64,000 nucleotides of DNA from Candidatus Woesearchaeota archaeon (GTDB lineage: Archaea; Nanobdellota; Nanobdellia; SCGC-AAA011-G17; UBA489). Shown here one piece after another: positions 16,574 to 25,969 of the stretch (the first letter of the stretch is position 1; every line of letters begins with the position of its first letter). The translations under genes and the position numbers were made by a program. Location of the stretch: NCBI GenBank assembly GCA_964344635.1, contig CAYFOE010000001.1, positions 4,101 through 68,100 of the forward strand, written 5' to 3'. The notes beneath the pieces were generated by a model. The model was given only the letters and a program-made list of their open reading frames with translations, ran no database searches and was not told the DNA's origin.

Positions 16574-17809
16574 ATGAATCTAAGACCTAAATTGAGGAAA
16601 ATCTGGATTATGCCAATCCTATTATTAGTCCTCAGTTCCCTAGTTTTAGCAAGCTACACTGTAAACCAAAACAGTTTTTCATTCAACGGAGAACCAACCA
16701 AAGCCTATTCTAACACATTTACTATCAGGAACGATTATCCAGACTATAATTTAACCGGATTCAACCATACTTTTGAAAAAAATACCGACCTTCCTGCAAA
16801 CAGCCTAAACACAGACAGCGTCATAATAACAACCAGCTTTCCCGGAGAATTAGGAATCGGAAGTTCTGAAGAAAGTATTAACTTTGAATTTACCATGCCC
16901 ACCGGACTAGACGCAATCAGCGAAGATTTTAGTGAAATAACCTGGGATGCAGGAGACTTAATTTTAGGCGCAAATGCACACAACACCACAAACCAAACTT
17001 CAATTGAAACATTCAGCGTTTTAGTCCCAATCACAATCAATGTTAAGATAGACAACAGCCTTCAATTTTACAGAGACAGAGTTGAAGTTGAAGTCTCTAG
17101 TGAAGACCCAGAAAATGTAAGTGAAGGAAGAACAGTTGATGTTTATGACGGAGAACAAGTCTCGATAAAAATAAATTATGAAAACACATTCACTGAAAAT
17201 GGATTAACATTTGACAAAGAAGACATTGAAGTTCTCTTATTCGTAGACGATGAAGAAGTTGACGCCCAATACGGCGAAGACTCTGTTGACGACGGAGAAA
17301 TTGGAGAAGTCAGCGTTGACTTTGAAGTAGAAGATTACGACATTGGCGAAAAATATGACGTTAGACTCGAACTATTTGGATTCGAAAATCAAGGAGGAAT
17401 GCATGGAGAAATCTTCGGATTCGAGATAGATATCAATGAAATAGAAGAAGACAATGGGCCTGCATTTGTTCCAGATAGCGACGGAGATGGAGTAAATGAT
17501 GACTTAGACTTATGCCCCGGAACCTCAATTTTATGCGACGTCGATGAAGCCGGGTGTGAAATCGACCTAGACAATGATGGAATCTGTAACGGAGTAGATA
17601 GAACTCCTACAGGAGAAGTAAGAGTTGAAGAACAAACAACCAATCAAAACTCCAATACTGAAGAAGAAAATAATAAAGAATCTGTAGAAAAAGAAGAAGT
17701 GGTAATTGTTGAAAAAGAAACAAACGATGGAGGAATCGGATCATTTATTTTTGGCTTGATTGTAGGCTTCATTGGTGCAATACTATTTTGCACCCTAACT
17801 AAAGTTTAA
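16574..17809 (+). CDS. secreted acidic cell-surface protein with thrombospondin-type-3-like Ca-binding repeats and C-terminal TM anchor
   Basis: Signal peptide (MNLRPKLRKIWIMPILLLVLSSLVLA); DSDGDGVNDDLDLCPGT and DLDNDGICNGVDRTP repeats; C-terminal GGIGSFIFGLIVGFIGAILFCTL hydrophobic anchor. Confidence 0.5.
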   Translation: MNLRPKLRKIWIMPILLLVLSSLVLASYTVNQNSFSFNGEPTKAYSNTFTIRNDYPDYNLTGFNHTFEKNTDLPANSLNTDSVIITTSFPGELGIGSSEESINFEFTMPTGLDAISEDFSEITWDAGDLILGANAHNTTNQTSIETFSVLVPITINVKIDNSLQFYRDRVEVEVSSEDPENVSEGRTVDVYDGEQVSIKINYENTFTENGLTFDKEDIEVLLFVDDEEVDAQYGEDSVDDGEIGEVSVDFEVEDYDIGEKYDVRLELFGFENQGGMHGEIFGFEIDINEIEEDNGPAFVPDSDGDGVNDDLDLCPGTSILCDVDEAGCEIDLDNDGICNGVDRTPTGEVRVEEQTTNQNSNTEEENNKESVEKEEVVIVEKETNDGGIGSFIFGLIVGFIGAILFCTLTKV

Positions 17810-18076
17810 TATTGGTTGATTTAATTGCTGAAGAAAGAAGCTAAAACCTAAAATGATTAAAACTCATAAAAACTATGGATGATGAAAACTTATCCTTTGA
17901 CGAACTACCTGAAAAAACTAAGAATTTAACAATAAGAATCTATAAATTCATCTCAGAGAACAACCCTTTATGAAATACCAATAGGGCAAAATTTTCTGTA
18001 AAATATAACCTTTTTACAGAATAAAGGCAAAATTATGTAAAGTAGGCATAAACTATATAAATGAATTTTAGAATTA

Positions 18077-18889
18077 ATGAATAATATGAAGGTTCCTGAT
18101 GAATTATTAGTCGAGCTGGTTAAGAAAGTTGCCGGTTCTGACACCGTTAAACTATTCGATATCCTCAATAAGAGGAAGAATGTTTCTGAGTTTAAGATAG
18201 CTGAAAAAATGGGAATCTCTGTGAACCAAGTAAGGAACATGATTTACAGACTTCAAGAACATAACCTAGTTAGTTTTACAAGAAAAAAAGACAAAGTTAA
18301 GGGATGGTACATCTATTATTGGACCTTCGAGAAACCCAAAGCAGTAGAATTAATTGTAGATACAAAAACTAAAGAAATTGCAGAAGCTGAAAAAGAAATT
18401 GAGAATAATGAGATTAGATACTACCTATGTAAATTCTGTAGATTAAAAATCTTAGAAGAAGAAGCTTTAGAAACACAGTTCTTTTGTGAAGCATGTGGAG
18501 AAATCCTAGAAGAACAAGACATTAACAAAAGAAAAAGAGAGCTTACTAGAAGAATCAAAAAAGATAAAGAAAGTTTAGAGGCAGCAAGCATTGCCCTAGA
18601 ACAACATAGAAAACTTTTAGCAAGAGCTATGGAAAGACAACTCGCTAAAGAAAAAGCAGAAAAAGATAAATTGCGTGCGGAAGCAAGAGCGGCTAAGGCT
18701 AAGGAGAAAAAAGCTACTGCTAAGAAAACTACGAAAAAGGCAGCTACAAAGAAAACAACAAAGAAAGCAGCCACCAAAAAAACCACTCCTAAAAAAGCAG
18801 CCACTAAGAAAGCTGCAACAAAAACTGTTTCAGAAAAGAAACCCACTAAAAAAAAGAAAGGAATTCTAGGCAGAGTTTTCAAAAAATAA
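18077..18889 (+). CDS. tfe: transcription factor E (TFE/TFIIE-alpha homolog) with a C-terminal Lys/Ala/Thr-rich repeat tail
   Basis: N-terminal winged helix (LVELVKKVAGSDTVKLFDILNKRKNVSEFKIAEKMGISVNQVRNMIYRLQEHNLV) + zinc ribbon CKFC-x17-CEAC, then about 100 aa of KKAATKKTT-type repeats. Confidence 0.7.
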   Translation: MNNMKVPDELLVELVKKVAGSDTVKLFDILNKRKNVSEFKIAEKMGISVNQVRNMIYRLQEHNLVSFTRKKDKVKGWYIYYWTFEKPKAVELIVDTKTKEIAEAEKEIENNEIRYYLCKFCRLKILEEEALETQFFCEACGEILEEQDINKRKRELTRRIKKDKESLEAASIALEQHRKLLARAMERQLAKEKAEKDKLRAEARAAKAKEKKATAKKTTKKAATKKTTKKAATKKTTPKKAATKKAATKTVSEKKPTKKKKGILGRVFKK

Positions 18890-19459
18890 TTAGAAAATCA
18901 TCCCAAACAAACTCGTGAATACTTTGTATCCATCAAATGGAGGGAACGGAATCATATTAAATATTCCTAAAAACAAATTTATTTGTTTAGTCAAGTGTAA
19001 ACCAATTGCTTGATTCCTTGTTAGATTCTTCTTTCGATCCAAAATCTGATATGCAATGAAGAACAATAAAAAATTCATAGCAGGACCAGAAAGTGCTGTT
19101 ACAAATACTTGAAAATTTGTTAAAGTTCCAGTTAGACTAACAAAACCCGGAGCAAAAATTATGAAAGGACTACTTATCCACTTCAAAAAAACACCAATGA
19201 ACAACCCAAAATAAGATGCATAAAACTCAGTCTGAATCCCCATAAACAAACCTACAAATTTGTGGCCCAACTCATGAAGAACTATTCCTGGTGCAGTCAC
19301 CAATGTTGCAAATTTGAAATCTTGCCAATTAAACCTCTTTGAAGCAGTTAGAACCGAATCAACAGGCGACGGAATCTTGATATAATCCATAAAAATATAC
19401 CCTATTGCTCCAGACATAATGATTAAACGTATTAATTCTGCCAAACTGAATAAAGCCAT
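18890..19459 (-). CDS. M50-like (site-2 protease family) membrane zinc metalloprotease
   Basis: HELGH (HExxH) in a TM helix plus FNMIPFPPFDG, typical of the M50 family; multiple TM segments. Confidence 0.55.
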   Translation of the reverse strand: MALFSLAELIRLIIMSGAIGYIFMDYIKIPSPVDSVLTASKRFNWQDFKFATLVTAPGIVLHELGHKFVGLFMGIQTEFYASYFGLFIGVFLKWISSPFIIFAPGFVSLTGTLTNFQVFVTALSGPAMNFLLFFIAYQILDRKKNLTRNQAIGLHLTKQINLFLGIFNMIPFPPFDGYKVFTSLFGMIF

Positions 19460-19561
19460 TTTTTTAGAGTCTGGAGAGATTATTAAAAAGGTTTCTGTAT
19501 TTACTGCAGATGTACTCTGTAAAGGATAAGATATTAAAAAGTCAAAGAAAATAATTAAATT

Positions 19562-20821
19562 ATGGGCTCATTTAAGCTAGACAATCAAAAGATCAAAATT
19601 GGTAAAAAAGATACTTCTTGGGCCTACAAAGAACTCCCCCAGCCCAAGATTAATGAAGTTTTAAGTAAAGAATTCTTTTCAAATTCGCCCCCATCCGTAT
19701 TTATTGGATCTAAGTTAAAATACCCCAATGTGAATGTAGGGATCTTAGCCCCACCAGTCAGAGTCGAAGATGTTGAAGTATATGATTCACACAAAAGATG
19801 GTCTGAAGAAAATGCAGGCATTGATGATATCTTGAGATATCGAGGAAATTTAGTTAACTCCAGATTCTTAAGCAATGTCCATACATCTAGAGGAAACAAC
19901 AGTAATAAATTTTTAGACATGTCCCAAGAAGTCGGAATGGCAAAAAAACCAGTAGACATGGAATTCGAACTAAAAAAGAAAGTGAAACTAGGACTAAAAT
20001 TTGACAGAGTAAGCAAACCAATCAGTTCTCCTGTCGACTTACAAAACATGAGAATCACTGAAAATACCCGAGTTGAAAGGCCCGTTGAAAACGTTTTTGG
20101 CGACACAGATTTGAAAGCTTCTGAAGCAGTCAATTACCTCTACAAGAAAAAAATTGAAGATCAAAAACTATCCCAACTATTATCACTCGGAACCATGGGC
20201 CTTGGAAAAAACAGAAGACTTGTCCCCACAAGATGGAGCATTACAACCGTAGATGACATCGTTGGAAAAGCAATCATCAAAGAAGTGAAAGATTTCAAAT
20301 CATCCGAAGAATATTCACTATACTACGGGAACTTCTTAGGAAATTATTATCTAGTATTTATGTTCCCAGAAATATTTAGTTTTGAACTATTTGAAATGTA
20401 CTTGCCAGGAAGTTCATGGAATCCCAACATTCAAGATAAACCAGGAAGAGTGACTGTTGCAACAGACGATGAAGATTACAATGGACGAAAAAACTATGCC
20501 TCCAATTGTGTCGGCGGCTACTATGGTGCAAGACTACCACTAGTTGAAAAAATGAAAGTAGATAAAAGACAGAGTTCCGCACTAGTTCTCAGATTTGAAA
20601 CCCCAGACTATTGGGCAGGCCTCGGAGTCTGGGTGGTAAGAGAGGCCATGAAAAAGACCATGAGAACTCAAAAAATGGTATTTGACTCTAAAGAAATCAT
20701 GCTTGAAAGAGGAAGATCCATGATCTTAGAAGAAATTGGATTCGATATCAACCTAATACTAAGGCGCAGCAAACTCCTTGAAAGGCTTAAGTCCCAAACA
20801 AAACTAATTAATTTCTTTTAG
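19562..20821 (+). CDS. conserved hypothetical protein (419 aa)
   Basis: Long ORF, no confidently recognised motif. Confidence 0.45.
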   Translation: MGSFKLDNQKIKIGKKDTSWAYKELPQPKINEVLSKEFFSNSPPSVFIGSKLKYPNVNVGILAPPVRVEDVEVYDSHKRWSEENAGIDDILRYRGNLVNSRFLSNVHTSRGNNSNKFLDMSQEVGMAKKPVDMEFELKKKVKLGLKFDRVSKPISSPVDLQNMRITENTRVERPVENVFGDTDLKASEAVNYLYKKKIEDQKLSQLLSLGTMGLGKNRRLVPTRWSITTVDDIVGKAIIKEVKDFKSSEEYSLYYGNFLGNYYLVFMFPEIFSFELFEMYLPGSSWNPNIQDKPGRVTVATDDEDYNGRKNYASNCVGGYYGARLPLVEKMKVDKRQSSALVLRFETPDYWAGLGVWVVREAMKKTMRTQKMVFDSKEIMLERGRSMILEEIGFDINLILRRSKLLERLKSQTKLINFF

Positions 20822-20861
20822 TTTAAAAATGTTTAAAAAGAGAGCAGTATGTTTCTAGTTC

Positions 20862-21995
20862 ATGCATACCCACAGACAACACGTACATTATGTACACATG
20901 ATTCTTACAAATAGAGAATTAAGAGATATGTACGTGGCAATGTCCTTAAAAACATTAGCTGTTAGCATGGTAGGAATCTTTATCCCAATATTCTTAATGG
21001 TTGAAATGGGCGCAACACTAAGCCAAGTCATTACATTTTACATGTTCAACACACTAGGGTACATCTTTTTTGCACCATTTGCAGGAAAAGTTGCCAGTAA
21101 ATTCGGACTAAGAATGGCAGCCCTATCAACAATCCCCCTATTAATATTTTTTTACCTAGGATTATTTAATTATTCAACACTAGGATTCAACCTAAACTAT
21201 CTTGCAATCATGCTAGGCATAACCCAAGCACTATACTGGGTACCATTCATAATCCACTTCGTAAGATCCTCAGATAAAAAACACAGAAGTGAAGAAGTAG
21301 GATTTCTAAGTGCAAGCACCATCATTTCAGCAATGTCAGGCCCATTTGTAGGCGGCTTAATCATTGCCTACTTCGGTTTCGGAATGCTATTCACATTTGC
21401 AAGCCTACTACTATGCGTAAGCGTTTTCCCCCTAATGTTCACCAGAGACTACCACGAACCATTCAAATGCAGCATAAAAGACATACACAAAATTCCAAAA
21501 AGATTCATGCTCAAAGTATTCTCCTTCGGTGCAACCAACATTGCAGAAATGGTATTCTGGCCAGTATTCCTATTCTCAGTCGTCAACGTTTACACAGAAT
21601 TTGGCCTAATATTCTTAATTGCAGAATTTTGTGCATTCATAGGCTCATTTATTTTCGGATCAGTAGAAAATAGAAAAAAACTACTATGGATCATGAGGAT
21701 CGGAGGAATCCTTTGTTCATTAGTCTGGTTGTCAAGAGTTTTCTTTGTAGGAGCAGTTGCCATTGCAGCAATCACCATCCTCGGAGCATTTTTACACGGA
21801 TCTGTTGAAATACCCTTCAACACACTAGAATACGACAGAGTCGTTAAGAAAAAATACCTAGCAGAATTCGTGGTATTCAGACACATAATCGAAGGGCTGG
21901 GCAGACTAGCAATTTTAGGCATCATGAACATATTCTTAGATTTCAACGCCGCATGGATTAGCTCCGCAGTAATGTACCTAGCATACCTATTCTAG
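20862..21995 (+). CDS. 12-TM major-facilitator-like transporter
   Basis: About 12 predicted TM helices with a central cytoplasmic loop; true start may be a downstream Met (MILTNRE.. or MYVAMS..). Confidence 0.55.
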   Translation: MHTHRQHVHYVHMILTNRELRDMYVAMSLKTLAVSMVGIFIPIFLMVEMGATLSQVITFYMFNTLGYIFFAPFAGKVASKFGLRMAALSTIPLLIFFYLGLFNYSTLGFNLNYLAIMLGITQALYWVPFIIHFVRSSDKKHRSEEVGFLSASTIISAMSGPFVGGLIIAYFGFGMLFTFASLLLCVSVFPLMFTRDYHEPFKCSIKDIHKIPKRFMLKVFSFGATNIAEMVFWPVFLFSVVNVYTEFGLIFLIAEFCAFIGSFIFGSVENRKKLLWIMRIGGILCSLVWLSRVFFVGAVAIAAITILGAFLHGSVEIPFNTLEYDRVVKKKYLAEFVVFRHIIEGLGRLAILGIMNIFLDFNAAWISSAVMYLAYLF

Positions 21996-22094
21996 ATAGA
22001 AAGGCTTTAAAAGGGCAATTGAGAGCATAAACTTAAGAAATGTGGGCTTCACTCGCCTGAATCTTAAAAAATAAAACAATGGAAGTGCAATAAA

Positions 22095-22634
22095 ATGGGA
22101 TTATACCAACACATAAGAGAAAATTCTAGAAATACATCTGCAGACCTCAGAAGAGAAAGACTTGCAGAATGGAGACGTTCTTTAGCAGTTTCAAGAGTTG
22201 CTAGGCCAATGAATCTATCTAGGGCTAGAAGCTTAGGATACAGAGCAAAAGAAGGAATTATAGTTACAAGAGTAAGAGTTCTTAGAGGCGGAAGAAAAAG
22301 AGAACTAATCAAAAAAGGTAGAAGGTCAAAAACTAGAAGAATGAAAAAAATTCTAGACATGAACTACCAATCCGTTTGTGAACAAAGAGCAAGCAAAAAA
22401 TATCCTAATTGCGAAGTTTTAAACAGCTATTACCTAGACAAGGACGGAAAATACCTATGGTATGACGTTATCCTTGTAGACATTAATAGCCCTTCAATTA
22501 AGAAAGACAAAAAACTTAGTTGGATCACAAAAGGCAAGCACAAAGGAAGAACAAACAGAGGTTTGACTTCAAGTGCAAGAAAATCCAGAGGCCTTAGAAA
22601 TAAAGGAACTGGTGCAGAAAAAGTAAGGAATTAA
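22095..22634 (+). CDS. rpl15e: 50S ribosomal protein L15e
   Basis: SLGYRAKEGIIVTRVRVLRGGRKR...LNSYYLDKDGKYLWYDVILVD strongly matches L15e. Confidence 0.9.
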   Translation: MGLYQHIRENSRNTSADLRRERLAEWRRSLAVSRVARPMNLSRARSLGYRAKEGIIVTRVRVLRGGRKRELIKKGRRSKTRRMKKILDMNYQSVCEQRASKKYPNCEVLNSYYLDKDGKYLWYDVILVDINSPSIKKDKKLSWITKGKHKGRTNRGLTSSARKSRGLRNKGTGAEKVRN

Positions 22635-22952
22635 TCATTTCCTTACAATATTTATTTTTATTCTTCCAAATTTTGGTAATTTTGGCTTCCTTCCAGTAAG
22701 TATACTAAACAAAATTCCCAAAGTTAAAGTTATCAATAAAAACCCAATAATCAATGCACCGAACACAATGGCCAGTGCAAAAATCAACGGAAAAAACAAA
22801 GATACTGCAATTCTCCACCTAAGCGGAATTAATTGCCTACCTGCAACTCTCAATTTGCTTGTTTTGACATAGATGAAAAGACCTAGCAAAATAAAAACAT
22901 AACCTAAGACTTTCTGCCAAAGAGGCATTGTTGCGATGATTTCTTCAAGCAT
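22635..22952 (-). CDS. small membrane protein (3 TM), hypothetical
   Basis: Hydrophobic 105-aa ORF. Confidence 0.4.
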   Translation of the reverse strand: MLEEIIATMPLWQKVLGYVFILLGLFIYVKTSKLRVAGRQLIPLRWRIAVSLFFPLIFALAIVFGALIIGFLLITLTLGILFSILTGRKPKLPKFGRIKINIVRK

Positions 22953-23003
22953 TGGGATGTGAATGTAGAATGATTTATAAATATTTATGAGCGTTTTAGG
23001 CTT

Positions 23004-24038
23004 ATGTTAAGCGAAAAGCAAATTAAAGAGATTAGAAGCTTCTTAGAAAAATCTGAAAATCCACTATTTTTCTTTGATGATGACCCCGACGGCTTGACCT
23101 CCTACTTATTGTTAAAAAAGAAGTACAAGAAAGGGACAGGCGTTTGTATTAAGGCATCTCCAAAGGCCGAAGTGGTGTATTCAGCAGCCTACAGGAAACA
23201 TACGCCGGACCTAGTGGTTATTTTAGATAAACCATTCATTAAACAAGAAATACTAGACGAATTTAATGTTCCAGTTGTATGGATTGACCACCACCAACCC
23301 ATCGAGAGAGATGGAGTTAACTATTACAATCCCATGACCAGTGAAAAACCCAACAACAAACCAACCAGCTATTGGGCATACAAAGTTGTCGAAGAAAATG
23401 AATGGGTTGCAGTCGTAGGAATCATAGGAGACTGGAACGTGCCCGAAAAAGAAATTTTAGATAAATTTGATTACAGAGATATGCTATTAAAAACAGACAG
23501 CCCGCCAGAACTCATGTTTGATTCCCAATATGGAAAACTGATAAGCATATTTGCATTCACCATGAAAGGCGATAACCACAGCATGGACGAATGTATCGCT
23601 GCTTTGGAAAAAATTGAGAGCCCTATTGAAATTTTAGAACAAACCACAGATAACGGAAAACTAGTTTATGGTAAGTTCGACAAAATAGACAAAGAATACA
23701 GAAGATTGTTAGAAGAATCCTTAAACCAAAAAGAAGAAGGAGAAGATGTTTTTGTATATACCTACGTTGCTGAAAAAAACAGTTTTACAGGCGGCCTTTC
23801 AAACGAACTACTCTACAGACTAGACAATGATGTAGTCATTGTTGGCAGAGAAAAAGATGGAGACGTCCGCATGAGCATCCGCAGCAAAGGAAAAGACATC
23901 CTACCAGTGTTAAATAAAGCTCTCGAACATTTTGAAGGTTACGGCGGAGGTCACGCAAAAGCCTGCGGAGCATCCATAAAAATGGAAGACTTCCCAAGAT
24001 TCATTGAAATGATAAAGAAAGAATATAAAAAAGAGTGA
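23004..24038 (+). CDS. DHH/DHHA1 family phosphoesterase (NrnA-like nanoRNase/pAp phosphatase)
   Basis: DDDPDGLTS (DHH motif I), WIDHHQP (DHH motif III), C-terminal GGGHAKACGA (DHHA1 GGGH). Confidence 0.75.
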   Translation: MLSEKQIKEIRSFLEKSENPLFFFDDDPDGLTSYLLLKKKYKKGTGVCIKASPKAEVVYSAAYRKHTPDLVVILDKPFIKQEILDEFNVPVVWIDHHQPIERDGVNYYNPMTSEKPNNKPTSYWAYKVVEENEWVAVVGIIGDWNVPEKEILDKFDYRDMLLKTDSPPELMFDSQYGKLISIFAFTMKGDNHSMDECIAALEKIESPIEILEQTTDNGKLVYGKFDKIDKEYRRLLEESLNQKEEGEDVFVYTYVAEKNSFTGGLSNELLYRLDNDVVIVGREKDGDVRMSIRSKGKDILPVLNKALEHFEGYGGGHAKACGASIKMEDFPRFIEMIKKEYKKE

Positions 24039-25969
24039 AACATAAAGATTCTATGAAAAAAATAACCATTTTTTTGTCATTGTTATTAGTTATCCCATTT
24101 GTTTTAGGAGAACCCGTCGAAAATTATAATGATGTGCAATATGTAAAGATGGGCCTGAGTGTTTATTCAGATCTAAGCCTAATTTATTCCCCAGACTACT
24201 CAATGGATTTCATAAAAAGCGATTTGTCTTTCTTCCCACAAGATAATGAGATGCAAGAGGTAATCTCATTAGATACTTACTCAACACCTTATTCTGAAAT
24301 TAACCAAGGCAGCGAATCTTTAATCTATATGTGGTCTGGAAATCCAGGAGAACACTTGAGATATGGCTACGACGCAGTCATTACCGTTGACAATGAAATC
24401 TATAGAATCAGTGAGAAAAAACATTTCCCACTATTGAAGTTAGATTCAACTGTTCTAACCTACACCCAACCAACAGAATATATTGATATCAATTCCAAAA
24501 TTGAAAGAAAAGCTGAAGAAATAGTTGGTGCTGACGACGATCTTTATTCTGCAGTCTTTAAAATTGCAGACTGGACAAACAAAAATATTGATTACAACCT
24601 ATCAACATTAACCGCTGAAGTTGTTCAACCAAGTTCGTGGGTACTCGAAACAAGAAACGGTGTCTGTGACGAAATGACCAATCTATTCATCTCACTCCTA
24701 AGATCTGTAGGAATCCCAGCAAGATTTGTCTCAGGAATGGTCTACAGTAACGTAGACAACCAATGGGGACCGCACGGGTGGGCAGAAGTTTATTTCCCAG
24801 ACATCGGATGGGTTCCCTTCGATGTTACGTTCGGAGAATATGGGTGGCTAGACCCCTCACACATTAAGTTAAAATCTAACCTAGACTCAGGAAATCCCAC
24901 TGCAAAATATTCTTGGAAGGCAAACGGTGTTGATTTGAATGTAGGCGGTTTAGAGATTGAGACTACTGAATTAAGCGTTGGACCAAAAGAACTAGATGCA
25001 CTAGAGATAACTGTCGAACCACTATTTAGCAATGCACAATTTGGGAGTTACATCCCTGTAGAAGTCCGTATTAAAAACATAAAAGATAGTTATGTCGTAC
25101 CTAAAATAGTAGTTTCTAAAGCACCAGGATTGACCGAAGACAATGTTAAGAACGTTCTTCTAAAACCTAGAGAAGAAAAATCAATTTACTGGATTGTTGA
25201 ATTACCTGAAGTAGACCCCAACTACATCTACACTACAACTTTTGAAGTTAAAGGAATGTATGGAGAGACTGCCGCTGCCACAATAAAGTATGGTGACGAT
25301 TTCGAGCTCTACTCTGAAGAATATGCCCAAACATATGTTCAAGCCCAAGAAGAAAGAGGTGAAAAGAAATTACTAATATCTGTAAATGCAAAATGTAAAT
25401 CTGACAGAATCCAATACTATTCTGGAGAAGTTGCAACCATAACCTGCGAACTTAGTGGCGGAAGTGATGTAGACCTAAATTACTGCTTTATGCAAGACTG
25501 TCAAAATTTAAACCTAAACGGAGGCACAATTTTAACTAACCAATTCGAAGTTAGTGAAAGCATAAGATTGCCAATCATAATTGAAAGTAGTGACAAGATA
25601 AGATACGAATATGTTAATCTAGATGTCATCCCCATTCCTGAAATTTTAATCAGCAACCCCAAACCCACTTCAGTAAACTACAAAGACGACGTAGAAGTTA
25701 GTTTCGATGTATCCTCGAATACAAATGTTAAGAACCTAAAAATATTATTTGAATTCGGAGAACTTAACTATGAAGCTTTTAAGAAAGGCGAAAGTAAGAC
25801 CATCACAATGACAACCCAAGGAAGTCAACTAATGGACGATGTTAAGTTCGAAATATCATACACAGATGAAATGGGCGCCAATTATAGAGAACAGAAAGCA
25901 GTCCACGTCATTGTTAAAAACGTTCCATGGTATGGCGGAATGATAAACTGGATTAGAAGGTTATTCTAG
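24035..25969 (+). CDS. secreted transglutaminase-like cysteine protease-fold protein
   Basis: Signal peptide; Cys-His-Asp triad context GVCDEM ... GPHGWAEVYF ... VPFDVT typical of the transglutaminase-like superfamily; overlaps the upstream gene by 4 nt. Confidence 0.7.
   Translation: MKHKDSMKKITIFLSLLLVIPFVLGEPVENYNDVQYVKMGLSVYSDLSLIYSPDYSMDFIKSDLSFFPQDNEMQEVISLDTYSTPYSEINQGSESLIYMWSGNPGEHLRYGYDAVITVDNEIYRISEKKHFPLLKLDSTVLTYTQPTEYIDINSKIERKAEEIVGADDDLYSAVFKIADWTNKNIDYNLSTLTAEVVQPSSWVLETRNGVCDEMTNLFISLLRSVGIPARFVSGMVYSNVDNQWGPHGWAEVYFPDIGWVPFDVTFGEYGWLDPSHIKLKSNLDSGNPTAKYSWKANGVDLNVGGLEIETTELSVGPKELDALEITVEPLFSNAQFGSYIPVEVRIKNIKDSYVVPKIVVSKAPGLTEDNVKNVLLKPREEKSIYWIVELPEVDPNYIYTTTFEVKGMYGETAAATIKYGDDFELYSEEYAQTYVQAQEERGEKKLLISVNAKCKSDRIQYYSGEVATITCELSGGSDVDLNYCFMQDCQNLNLNGGTILTNQFEVSESIRLPIIIESSDKIRYEYVNLDVIPIPEILISNPKPTSVNYKDDVEVSFDVSSNTNVKNLKILFEFGELNYEAFKKGESKTITMTTQGSQLMDDVKFEISYTDEMGANYREQKAVHVIVKNVPWYGGMINWIRRLF

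Noticed and set aside
18675-18869. 64-aa Lys/Arg/Gln-rich ORF in an alternative frame of the TFE tail
   Set aside because: Frame artefact of the same low-complexity nucleotide repeat.
18421-18882. 153-aa antisense ORF rich in F/V/A opposite the TFE tail
   Set aside because: Mirror image of the Lys/Ala/Thr codon repeats (AAA/AAG/GCA give TTT/CTT/TGC); lies entirely inside a well-supported gene; a compositional artefact.
19562-20821. Possible assignment of the 419-aa protein to a named DNA-repair family
   Set aside because: Resemblance could not be supported by any concrete motif from the sequence alone; left as conserved hypothetical.
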